A stretch of DNA of 63,698 nt, filler included, from Perkinsus chesapeaki ATCC PRA-425 (taxonomy: Eukaryota > Protista > Perkinsozoa): assembly GCA_013115145.1 (NCBI GenBank). It is 4 parts of 4 records of this genome, joined end to end, with 100 filler letters (N's around TTAATTAATTAA, not from the genome) between each part and the next. Parts side by side here need not be neighbours in the genome. Positions count along the whole stretch, not along the records: positions 44,796 to 62,455 come from JAAPAO010000681.1; 3 more parts are not named here. The stretch is one strand, 5' to 3'. The notes below the pieces were generated by a model. The model searched no databases. It was given only the letters and a program-made list of their open reading frames with translations, and was not told the DNA's origin. This document shows, in pieces, positions 46,742 to 58,091 of this stretch. Position 1 is the stretch's first letter; the number at the start of each line of letters is the position of its first letter. The translations under genes and the position numbers were made by a program.

Positions 46742-47499
46742 GCTCCTTTGTTTGTGATACGTCTGTAGTATTCAGTTTGTTAGTATTCGGACTGAGCTGT
46801 TTGGTTGATAGTGAGCTAGTGTAAGCGAGTCTGGGGAACGTTCAGTTTTTTCGTGTATCAATGTGCAACTTCTCCTTGCAGGGTTTGATGGCCACCCTCG
46901 ACCTGAGGCAGCTAAGCGTCTTGAGGAACATGTGAGCCTTAATCGTGGACTGGGTGTCAAAAAAAACGTCCTTTAAGTGAGTCACTTGAGCCGGTATAGA
47001 AGGGTATAGTGTATAGAAGGTATCTATACACTGTTGACCACACTGGAGAGTCCACAGCATGGCCGTGCCGTATCTCACGGGTCTGCTGCTAGGTGAAGCT
47101 GGGGAGCTCTGGAGTGGATCATATGAGAAAGACGGCGTCTGGAGAAGGGTGACAGGGAAGTCCTGTCCGGAATATCAGTCATATACTGACATGCAAATGT
47201 GATAGGGTCCTATTGTGCCACCTCGCTAAGGCCGCCCTGTACCACAAAATGTGTCCTATTGTGTGGCTTTCCGTGTTAGAGGATAGCCTCCATACGATAA
47301 ACTGTGTAGAGCGTCAGCTTCCTAGACACTCGGGTTGTAGGGAGCCGAAGCTCCACTGTGGAGTGGGTGTTAACGAATAGGCGACTTGTACGTCGGGCAT
47401 GCTTCCAGCTCGTTTTGCGACGTAACACCAGAGCGTACGCTAACTTTATTTACGGTTTGGGATTACTTGTTCATGTGTACGCAGGATTACTACTACTAG

Positions 47500-50400
47500 C
47501 AATTTACCAGGAAATTATAGTGCGAAGAACGCATTGTGTGCGCACTCTCCGACCAACGGTAGATGATCGCCAGAGTTAACCCGGGTTTCTCGGCCTCCCA
47601 ATGAGAGGCTCCCATGGGACGGTCTGTTACCAAAAACAGCGAAAGCTAGGCCTCCGGCAAAGTTGAGCTCGGAAGAATTGAGCGACTTTACCCTATTGGA
47701 TATCGAACTCACTTTGACGAAGCCTCAATGGGGCTTGGACACATTTCTCGTCGTGACTATCATAGTCAGACTATGCCTCTTGAAGAAAACATTTGGCCAT
47801 ATGGTGGCAATACGACTGCTCCGCCGAGTAGCAACGTCGGAGTACAGGAGCCTGTTAGTTACTGGTGTAAGGTATGATGTGGTTGGAAGTCGTGGATAGT
47901 GATCATTGCAACTAATGAGGCCGGGTAGTCCCTAGAGGGTTAAGAGTTATGTCTAAGCGTATCCGTTGCGTTGCACGTGGCTAGTGCGGCTGCCTATTAT
48001 GGATACGTTCCCATCACCAATTGCAAATTGAAGTTCAAAGCTAACTTTGTTTCGTTGAAAGTCACTGAGCATCGCCTCGATCGAAACTGCAGTAGCACTT
48101 CAGGTACTGGTTTCCGACGCACACGGTCGAATTATAAGTTTGCAAGTTGCAAAATTACAATCCAGACGTATCCGTTTGTATGACGGAAGCGTTTTGTTAC
48201 GAGACTGGCAATGTCAGTAACCTACTCGTATTGAAGGAATCGGGGCATGTCAGTTTTTCATTGTCAAGCATGGATGTAGTATATTTCAACACCGTCGGAG
48301 GGGAGCTCGATCCTACTGCTGTTGCTGCTCGCTGCCTCAGCAAGTTAGTCAACAATAGACAGGGAAGGGGGACCATTGTCCTCAGTGAATGTAACGCATG
48401 GGTCATGTAAATGCGGCGTGGATAAAATCCTTCGTGCTTGCCAGGCTCGTTCCCCTCGACAGCGTGGCTAGGTGATCTCCCTGCTGGCTGCATTCGCGAA
48501 GCTCCAAGAGATCAGAAGTTGTATAAAGTGAATGACATTGTCTGCGGAAAGGATCTTTTGGAATGTCTGGCATGTAGTATATCGGGTATATGATCCTTTG
48601 ATACAACGAAGCGAATTCCTATACCAAATTTACTGGTCGGCGATGGCACGCTCGTTTGTTTCCTGTCCAACGTGGAGCGAACCCATGACCACATTCCTCA
48701 GGGGCGTGAGTTAGTCTTTCGTATCAATAGACATATTTTTCATAAACTTCACCGTCTGTGTAGTACAGTATATAACCGACCAGTAGGCCTACTAACAGAA
48801 GAGTGGAATCGTACTTCTCGACGAGTTCCGATTAGCGCAGTAGTGCAGTGTGTCAAGCTCGTTTGACTGCTCATCATTCTTTAGTCATCTATGTATCGGT
48901 CTTGCACGCTCATTGTCAGTAAAATAGCTGGGCGGTGAGTCGTGGAGTATACTGTATACTGTCCCATTACTGACTTGGGTCGCTTTGAGGGAGGGGACAA
49001 CTCTTGGACCGTGCTTCACCTATTACACATCTCTTGCAGATTTCCTTGGCGAAGGGGCACCCATTTCCAAAGACGCGGCCTTCTCCGCGTACCTGAACGT
49101 CGAGTTCGGCCGGTGCCTAGAGTAGGTGTTCCTAACCAGCTGTTCATTTGCTTAGGTTGGCTGAATCTCAGGTACATTCTGTGGGGCAACGACGCGGTCT
49201 TCGACGGCTTTACTAAAGAAGTCTACGCCGAAACCGTACCGAATTTCATTTTCCGCAACTTCACGTATTAAAGGTTAGTATCGTAGAAAGCGTACGGCTG
49301 GCCTTCAGGCTGACCAGCAGTGATCAGCGATCGGCTCGTAAGCAGCACAGTGGTATTTCCACCATGGATATGTGCGCTCGACGACTAGAGGAGGTTCGGG
49401 AATCTTCAAGCTTGGTTAAATTCTCGAGTTTGATTCAGGTGCTGGATCGCCTAAGCCGCTGGACTTTAAGTATTGATATCGGACAACTAGTTGGCGAGTG
49501 TCCGGAGAAAGGTGACTACCAGAATGGCATGATTAACGGTGATGTTAGAGCTCCGTCAAAGGTAGGCACCCGCTCCTCCCCTGTCGGATACACTCCCCAC
49601 TTGACTCGTCATCTTAGCGCGTCATCTGTGAGGCATTCGGATACCTTGCCGTATTGTTCTCCATACCGCAGTCTCGTATGGATAGGAGGCTCCGGATACT
49701 CCTACAGGATCAGCGGTGGCAAGGACTTGTGGATTTCTGTCGGAAGGTGCGCCCCAGAGACCCGGCGGTGGCTAGTTTCGCTGCTTCCTGTGATCAGGTC
49801 GAATCGAAGTTGGAGGTCTTCGGCAATGGAAAGAACTTTCTCAATGAAACAATAGACGTTCCGTTACATCATTCCTGGTTCGAGGTGGGACTGTACCTAG
49901 CTCATGTTGCTAGCGTTATTGCACAATGCTGTCCCGTCAGATGTGGGGATTTGGCGTCAAGTCGGAATCCGCGCGAGATCGCTCCGACTCGCATGACTCC
50001 AGCTGTGAGCGCATTTATCGATCGATGTGGGTCTGAGAGTTCTCTCAGCTGCCGAGCCTCAAGGGTACCCCGACGAAGACGCCGATCCACAAGACTACGA
50101 GGAGCCTGCTATGCGATGGCAGCGCTTTGCCTTCGCGGGAATAGCAGCGACAATAGTTGTGGGGTAGGAGAGCTAGAGTTCACTGTGGTCTGGGATACTG
50201 GCTATTTGCCAGGTACATCGCTACTGGATGGAATCCACCGTTTGAGGTTCAGCTGTCATAAAAGCGTGTTTCCGACTTGTCACTTGTTGAGTTCACCTTG
50301 CCCGATGATGACTCTCTCAGTTTCCAGCCGTTTTTACAAAGGTATTTTTAAAGAACTCAGATGGAAGATTCAAGTGAGCAAAAGTTCCATCTTCAAATCA

Positions 50401-52340
50401 GTAACTTTCTATCACCGTTAGGTTACTATCTTCTATTCCTCGCTTTTTGGCTTGTACTTGGTTTGGCTTACTATATCTGGTACGCGAAGCAAGCAAGCGA
50501 CAAGCTTAATGCAGCAAGGAAGGCCAGTCGAGTGGTACGTCTAGATCCACTAGTGATGCGCTTGTGTAGGATTCTTCTCAGAAACCCAACAAGCGAGCGC
50601 GACAGAATTGGACGATCAACCAATCTTGATCGGCATACCTCGCTTCCGTGATGATCACTCAGGAGAGCCCCCTCAGTTCAACTGCACTATTTACTAATTT
50701 GAGTTGTGAGCTTGACCGATGTTGCGTTGTCACATTTCACACAGTACACAGACTCTCCGGCGGTTGCAATGGACTTGGAGGAAATCGAACATTTGTTAGA
50801 CAGTATTGCGCCAGACAAGAACCGGGAAGCGGCGCCGAGGCACCATTCCGAAGATACACCTTTGGATGAGCTCTTAGCTGAGCTAGACGGTGTGGTGAGA
50901 CAACTATCTGTAACACCACCAAACCTTGGATCAGATAGACGGTCCTGTGCAACAGCGGCCCTTACCTACTCACGGACTTATAAAGTAACTACAGTTGTTG
51001 TGGCCGTGTAAGTCCAAGCAGTAGATCCGAACCCCAGACCAAGCGTCGCTGTTCTGTTGTGCACATCGGAGTGACCAAAGTAGTAGTTGGAAGGAGAATG
51101 CCTTTCCCGGAAGGTTGCCCTCCATGATGCATAGCTCGGTTATTGCATAACTGCTGGCTTATGAGTGCTGAGCCTCGCGAAGTTCTGAGCTATGTCGTAT
51201 CATTCTTGGAATTCGTGAAGAGCGTTATGGTGGACAGGGCTGAGTTGTTGGTTAGGCATGCGTGAAGATGAGATGCCTCTCGTGTGATCACAAGATAATA
51301 CCAATAGATGGAGGCCGATGGTCCAAGTGAGGTCAGACGGTCAGCGAACTAGTCCTGATTGCTCGTCATTCAGAGACGCTGATTACCTCTTCTATCGGAA
51401 CAATTACCCAGTTGAAGAAAAGCTCAGGAGCGCTATCGTTCCTGCTGTAGGGTACATTGCCTATTGTTGCCAATGCCGAGGACTGGTAGGCCTAACGTGG
51501 GTGCTGCTACAGCGGGGATGCCTCAGTCCGTCAACTCACAGCAAGGTGTGCCTATATCGACTGCAACCAGTGATGCCTCCTTCATAAGAAATTGGAAGTG
51601 TACTGGCCATTGACAAGTTTCAGCTGCTATCTCGCTGCGTTATAGTCAAGTGAAGTTCGTACGATGAAGGATGTGCAGAGGAACGAGCATTTGTACCTCC
51701 GTGTTGATATTGCTCACAAATTGCAATTCGCCGCCCAGGATAGATTTATGCCGCTGGGGAACGTCTTCGAACCTTAAGCTTCCCGGTAGTAAGTTGCGTG
51801 TCTGTGGAACTGGGTTCATAATAGTAATGTGGTATCGCTATCTACTTTACTCTATGGCTCACATTGTCGCAGCCCAACAGGCTGTTAAGAGCAACACAGT
51901 TTAGAGAAGCTCAGTATAATGTTGTCTGATAGCGATCTAGGCCGCTGATGCTCTGGTTAGGTTGAAGCACCTCTTCGAGGAAATGCTTACTTGTCTTTAA
52001 ACACAACAGTAATCGATTTCAATAATAATACATTCATTATGGTACTACTAGACTATTCGCATATTCACTCTCAAATGGAGTATCTGCCCAGGAAGAAGTC
52101 TCACAGTTCGCTGCTCATGTGGCATCGTTACCCTTTGTGTGCTTTCATTCCCCACTTGACTTCCCCACTGGGATCCAGCACCTCGGTGAACTCTCGTATC
52201 TTATCGCCGCTGCCGTCCGACTCGTCCACAACTCCATCGATGGGGCGATGCATTACTATACGGCGGATCCGGTCGGACAAGAGGCCATTAGAGCTTTTGT
52301 TCGGCAACCTGAAATTGTAAGATACCCGCTTAACTGCTGA
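47500..52340 (+). CDS. One or more multi-exon hypothetical genes, including a TM segment near 50420-50480
   Basis: Many short GT/AG-bounded coding-like blocks (YILWGNDAVFDGFTKEVYAETVPNF, MDLEEIEHLLDSIAPD, LSYLIAAAVRLVHNSIDG). Gene number and limits are unresolved. Confidence 0.35.
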
Positions 52341-52493
52341 TCTGTCCCTCACTTCCGAAGGCCATTCTTGGTGTCGAGAACATACACAGTCTTGTGCATG
52401 GCATGAGCCGCCAGGACTTCTACTCTCTGAAGGCGAATACGCTCGAGCAGTCGGCATGTACCGAAGCCTACCTGCGGCCCAGTGAGCTCCATA

Positions 52494-54324
52494 TCATCTG
52501 AGGAGTTCATTACGAGCAGGACTGCATGGCAAAGTGCAATATACGTGGGTATCTACAAATACGTCATCGTCAACTGCCGTCATAAAGGGAATACTCACCC
52601 CATTGGCGCCGGCCTCCCTCGGGCCTTTCATCGACTGGAATTTAGTCAAATGGCCTGGTATCATGAAGTAAGTTCGACGCCGGAGGTCATGGGAGACTAA
52701 AAAACACCGTAACGAGGCGGAGCGAAGTTCCCTTATCACCATCTTTGGATTTCTCGCACCATCGACCGAATGACGCCAACAGTGGAATAGCTGCCGAGAG
52801 CGGGCGAGTATCTAAGACGGGTGAGCCTTACCCATCCCACGGCACCGTTACCTTCGTTGTTGTCATCCTGGCGCTCCTTCTCAACACGTCGGTCCTCTCT
52901 GGATCGCCTGTCACCACCGTCAGTCTTGGACCGTTTATCCGTGTCACCATCTCTATCATTGCTTCGTTTCCTCTTATGCGAAGATCGATCCTCCAGCAAC
53001 TACAGCAGCAATATCAGCCCCAAGCGAAGCCTTCACCTCACCAATGGGGCGTCCTCATCAAAGGGCTCTCCGTGTGCAGAGGTCGTCGGTTCCGAGTGAT
53101 GGTCCTCGTCTTGCTGAGCATCTGGGAACCAATCACAGCGTTCGAGACGGAAGGAAACCCTTACCAGGCATGTGTAGGGGATCGGGGTTGAGCTGCGTTC
53201 GCGGATAGGACACGTAGACGACATTCGTGCCGACAAAGTCTCTTGGCAGGGACGAGGCAGAGGACTAAGCGGGTTTTGCGTGGACGCCCGAGAAGCTCTC
53301 AATAGTACCAATTTCTTGGCCAGATAATCATCGCGCTCCTTTGGGTCTTTCATGTCTTCCCAACTGGTGAGGTGCTTGGTCGCCAGGACACACGGCATTG
53401 GACATAGCTGCCATTGTTCTAGATAGCTCAATGAGACCGATGCACGATTATCCCTTACACTTCTAAAAGGGAATGTAAAGGGAACGGAAGGTAACCGATA
53501 GCGGCCTACCGTATCTGCTGTAGAGTCGGCACTCTTGAGCTCCTTCGATAGCTCGAAAGAATCTTTATATTCTCCGGTTTAACCTTCTTGGTCACTTCGC
53601 CATCCAATACCACCTGATGGGAACATCAGTCACCAGTAAACTGAACGAAGGCTGCCTACAACGTAGCGTTGAAGCTCCTTGTCGAAAGCGCGGCACTCTG
53701 CAATGCATCCATTGAGCTTGTAAGCGGCGATGAGACCCTAAAGAAAGGAGACCCCGAAGGGCGCAATGGTAGTTCGGTGAATAATACGACAAGCTAGGTG
53801 AGGCTGGCAAGGAGCTGCCTCCCTCGAGTATCTACTATAGATGAGGGGAAGATGCAAAATAGGTTACGAGCTAGCCATGAGGACCACGGCGTACATCTCA
53901 AGTGCTGTTGTTTTCAGTCCCTTTTAAGGCGAGGCGATTGGCCGAAATCCGAATGTAGCCTGAAACGCCCCAACACTACACTACTACGACCTAACAACAA
54001 CGACCACAGCGACCCTGGTACTACTTGGAGTTCAACAACCGAACCAGTGAGGAGCCGTCGGAGATTCATGCCGCGAACTCGCTTGGTGACGCCTGTTTCA
54101 TCAAGCCTTATATCGTATCTATAAAGATACATATTAGCTCAGAATATGTCGGAAGGTCAAAGATACCTTTGAGTCATCGGGTCGAAACGGACGACCTTTC
54201 CTGTTTGGCCATCGAGACCAGGATAGTCTGCAAGGTCAGTAAGCCTGACGGCATCTGCTCTTTCAATCGAGGAGATATCCTCATCACCATATAGGCTGAT
54301 ATTCGAGTCAGAAGGAGAAGCCAT
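52494..54324 (-). CDS. Hypothetical protein with two tandem SH3/KOW-like beta-barrel modules and a charged R/D-rich tail
   Basis: Spliced N-terminus MASPSDSN...VRLTDLADYPGLDGQTGKVVRFDPMTQR|YDIRLDETGVTKRVRGMNL and GSVVELQ|GLIAAYKLNGCIAECRAFDKELQRYV|VVLDGEVTKKVKPENI. ATG at 54324; 3' end approximate. Confidence 0.55.
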
Positions 54325-54454
54325 GAAAATGTGCAACGCGGAAGAAAAGTGAAGTTAACCAGAGTGAAATTTTGTGGCGCGTGACGGTGAGTATTATGCG
54401 GCGCGTGACTTTTTTCGTAAGGTGGTTTTTGTAGGTCACCGCGAGACATACGAG

Positions 54455-55825
54455 ATGCCCGATTTGGGTGCAAAGTCGTCCATCAGCAGTGGGGGCACTA
54501 CTACTGCCTCGACACCGCTCCTTAAGAATGAGGGAGGGGAAATACAGTACAACGGCGGCGAAACAACAGCTAGAAGTGTCAGAAAGACGTCATCTCTTCG
54601 GCATGTAGTGGACCTAGTCATTGTCTACGCGTCAGTGATAGTAGACTTCATGGGCTACACGTTAATTGCCCCACTTCTCTCCACGATAGTTGGTGAGTTC
54701 GGCAGTGGTGGCGTATCGCATAGCTTTGCCGCATCAGTCTTGATGTCCTCTTACGGTCTGGGTCAATTCATATCCGCCCTAATAATGGGCCCGACATCTG
54801 ATCACTTGGGCCGTCGACCAGTTCTCATTGCCGCGTATTTTTTAACCTGTCTCTGCTATCTTGGCCAAGCCTTCTCGGAGAACTACTGGGGATTTGCCGT
54901 CCTTCGGTTCTGTAATGGTATGGCCACTGGTACCCGTCCAGTGGCCTTCTCCTACCTCGGTGACATCTCCTCGCCCGAACGAATGCCATTCTATTCGATG
55001 CTCGTGGGGGTAATGATCGCCTTCGGTTCGCTGATGCCTTTACTAGGCGGCATGCTCGGAGCAATTTCCTGGCGACTTCCACTGCTTATCAGTGCGGGTC
55101 TATCAGGCCTGCTGTTCCTTCTCTCAGCGGTGTTCCTCAGAGAGTCTCTAGTGCCCGAAGATGACCACGTTAAAGCCAGCTTGTCCCCGACCCAACCAAG
55201 CTCGAGTGTTTTCTGGCTCACTGTGGCCCTTATCGCCCTCACTGCTGCCTGCGTGCAGTTCGACAACATTTCTATCATAACTTCGCTACCTTGGCTTCTT
55301 ACCTCATCGTTTGGTATAGAGATGAAGACCGTGGGAGCAATACTGGGCTCACAAGCAGTACCGACTCTTCTCACCAATTTGCTAATATTTTTACCGCTCT
55401 CAAAAGTGCTGCCGGTGTGCCTACTGGCCCTGGCAGGCATGTGCGGTCAGGCGACGATGTTCCTCTTACCATTGCTTAAAAGCAAGGTTGCCGTAGTGGC
55501 AGTGTCATATTTGCTTAACTTCGGTAACGCCATGGTCTACTCCTCCGTTCCAGTTCTGGTTAAGATAGTATCGCCTCCATCCAAGCGAGGGCTCATCAAT
55601 GGTATCGTCCTCTCCTGTATGTTGCTAGCCGGGGCCATCGGACCGTTGGTGGCCGGTTTACTCTGGGGCGCTGATCATCGTCACTATACTACGTTCGCGG
55701 CCGTCTCCGGTGTTGCTGGGCTCGGAGCGGTCTCTATGTTGGTAATTTACTTGATCCTAGTAAGACGGCAGAAGAGGGCCTCGAATCCGTGTGACAGCGG
55801 AACCGCTGTATCCACTCTAGTTTGA
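54455..55825 (+). CDS. Major facilitator superfamily transporter (DHA1/TetA-like), paralog 1, intronless
   Basis: About 12 hydrophobic helices with motif A GPTSDHLGRRPVL and RFCNGMATG. First ATG at 54455, after a TTTTGTAG acceptor-like site. Confidence 0.92.
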   Translation: MPDLGAKSSISSGGTTTASTPLLKNEGGEIQYNGGETTARSVRKTSSLRHVVDLVIVYASVIVDFMGYTLIAPLLSTIVGEFGSGGVSHSFAASVLMSSYGLGQFISALIMGPTSDHLGRRPVLIAAYFLTCLCYLGQAFSENYWGFAVLRFCNGMATGTRPVAFSYLGDISSPERMPFYSMLVGVMIAFGSLMPLLGGMLGAISWRLPLLISAGLSGLLFLLSAVFLRESLVPEDDHVKASLSPTQPSSSVFWLTVALIALTAACVQFDNISIITSLPWLLTSSFGIEMKTVGAILGSQAVPTLLTNLLIFLPLSKVLPVCLLALAGMCGQATMFLLPLLKSKVAVVAVSYLLNFGNAMVYSSVPVLVKIVSPPSKRGLINGIVLSCMLLAGAIGPLVAGLLWGADHRHYTTFAAVSGVAGLGAVSMLVIYLILVRRQKRASNPCDSGTAVSTLV

Positions 55826-55960
55826 GGCCCTTAACGAACCGTCTTTTGGACTTTTGTAATAAAAAATCTGTTTCGCCCATTGCAAAGGTTTTGAGTTAAT
55901 GTTGGAGATTGATTCCCTATTCAGTAGTTACAGTTGTTGTCCCCGTGCGAGGTTGTTTCA

Positions 55961-57709
55961 ATGCTGATTCGATCGCCGTGGATCCCTGCGGAGGAGGCTG
56001 ATGGGCTCCGTCGTAGGAATGGTCTCTGTTATGGTACACTGGCTAGGTACCTCATTGACCTCGTTATAGTGTACTCATCGGTAATAATGGACTTCATGGG
56101 ATATACTCTTTTGGCGCCTTTATTTCCTACTATCGTGGCGGACCTCGGAACCGGAGGCTTTCCGGACGGTTTTGCCGCATCGTGGCTGATGGCCATGTAC
56201 GGCTTGGGACAGTTTATCTCGGCTATGGTTATGGGGACAGTCTCTGACATGGCCGGCAGAAGACCGGTGTTTGTCTTTGCCTTCGCGCTCACTACAGTCG
56301 TCTATGTGGCGCAAGGCCTCGCGGACTCGTACTGGATGTTCGCAATCACACGGTTCTGCGCAGGCCTTACCACTGGGACACGTCCGGTGGCTTTCTCTTA
56401 TCTAGGAGACATAACTACACCAGAGAAAATGGCGGTATACTCGATGCTGGTGGGCGTAATGATCGCAGTGGGGTCGCTGATGCCGCTTTTGGGCGGCACT
56501 TTGGGGACCATCTCTTGGAGGCTTCCAGTATTCGTCTCGGCAGGTTTCACCTTCTGCCTGGCAGTGCTGGCTGTGCTGTTCCTGAGGGAGTCCAAAAGAG
56601 CACAGGTGATGGAAACTGGGGATGTCAGAGGGCAAAAAAGTGGCATAATGCGCACCCCACTTTTCATTGTAACATTATCGATGATAGCGATCACAGGAGC
56701 AGGCGTCCAGTTCGGCAACATTAGTGTGGTCACAATACTACCTTGGTTACTTAAAGAAGTCTATCAGATGTCATTGAGCTCTATCGGATTGGTATTAGGT
56801 TGCCAGGCCATACCGACGCTCCTTACCCTCCTGTTGGTCTTCCTCCCTTTGTCGAGACGCATCCCGATGCCTATTATAGCTTTCCTGGGCATGCTGGGCC
56901 ATGCTACTATGTTCGCTCTGCCCCTGATGGACAACCGTTCCGCCGTCATTTTCACCTCGTACTTGCTTTGTTTTGGCAACTCTATGGTGTACTCCTCGGT
57001 GCCTGTAATGGCGAAAGTAATAGCCCCGCCGCCGAGGCGAGGCCTAGTGAATGGTATTGTTCTTGGAGCGATGCTGCTGGCTGGAGCTCTTGGACCGCTG
57101 ATTGCCGGTCTACTCTGGCCAGTGGACACGGACCACATCATGGCCTTCGCGGTAGTATCTGCTGTGGCCTGTTTGGGTGCTATTTGTATGCTTTTCGCCT
57201 GGCGTTTGATCCCGGCTGTGGTGTTGAGAATGACCGAGCAGCTGGAACGTGAAGATCTCACTGAAAAGCAGGTTGATGATCTTTACGATGAGTTGGCGGA
57301 GCTGGTGGGCACTAGGGATTATCGTAGGAAACTGGCAGCCCAAATTCGTCGACGGCGACAGATAGCCCTAGAGGAGGGGGCGCCGACGCTCGAGGCTCTC
57401 AGGATTATGAAGAAGATGTCATTCTCGGAGATATCCGCCGAACGGTTTGGAGGCACGGAAGAGGAGATTGCTCAGCTGGGGCGGGATGTGAGCCAAATTC
57501 TTAATAGAAATAATTGGTATCGATGGCCGGTGTATTACGAGTGGATCCTTGCGCAGATTGCCAGTGCCTTTCCACCAATAAGGGAAGCTCCGGAGGATAC
57601 AAGGTTTGAAGATGTCACTTGGGTCATGGAAAGACAGTTGGAGATAGTATCGCAATGGGAGAGGAATAAACTGAGTAAGTTCAGGAAGGGTAATCTCCAG
57701 GGAATGTAA
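55961..57709 (+). CDS. MFS transporter (DHA1/TetA-like), paralog 2 with a ~150-aa soluble C-terminal extension, intronless
   Basis: GTVSDMAGRRPVF motif A; collinear with paralog 1; long hydrophilic helical tail after the last TM. Confidence 0.92.
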   Translation: MLIRSPWIPAEEADGLRRRNGLCYGTLARYLIDLVIVYSSVIMDFMGYTLLAPLFPTIVADLGTGGFPDGFAASWLMAMYGLGQFISAMVMGTVSDMAGRRPVFVFAFALTTVVYVAQGLADSYWMFAITRFCAGLTTGTRPVAFSYLGDITTPEKMAVYSMLVGVMIAVGSLMPLLGGTLGTISWRLPVFVSAGFTFCLAVLAVLFLRESKRAQVMETGDVRGQKSGIMRTPLFIVTLSMIAITGAGVQFGNISVVTILPWLLKEVYQMSLSSIGLVLGCQAIPTLLTLLLVFLPLSRRIPMPIIAFLGMLGHATMFALPLMDNRSAVIFTSYLLCFGNSMVYSSVPVMAKVIAPPPRRGLVNGIVLGAMLLAGALGPLIAGLLWPVDTDHIMAFAVVSAVACLGAICMLFAWRLIPAVVLRMTEQLEREDLTEKQVDDLYDELAELVGTRDYRRKLAAQIRRRRQIALEEGAPTLEALRIMKKMSFSEISAERFGGTEEEIAQLGRDVSQILNRNNWYRWPVYYEWILAQIASAFPPIREAPEDTRFEDVTWVMERQLEIVSQWERNKLSKFRKGNLQGM

Positions 57710-58091
57710 CTATCGAAAGTGGCTGATCTTCTTTTAAATCTGGAGTACACAAGTCTGTTAAAGAGGCAGCTGGTGGCAGCAGGTAGTTTTTCTGGTCTTA
57801 TACGTCCACGAGTTCAGCATGGTCTTTCTTGAGCACCACCTTCTCCTTGGTTGCACCACTAGACTATTGCTATTGTAGTATTAGCCTTACATCATGGCTC
57901 AGCTCTGACTTTAGATCAAAGCAGGCCATTCGTCTATCATATTTCCTTGTCTAGATAGTTGTAGTAGTCTCTTTAAATTCCGCAGGTCTTCTGTGGCCGA
58001 GAACTCATTTTTGCAATAGTTCGGTTCAAGCTCATCAATCTTGAGTTCAGTTGATTCATCCGCAGTGAAGGGATAAGGGCGTAGTATTTTC

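Noticed and set aside
46985-46992. Partial SL-like matches (CTTGAGCC here; TGGCTCAAG at 22098-22106)
   Set aside because: Only 8-9 nt match and the upstream bases do not resemble the leader; expected by chance.
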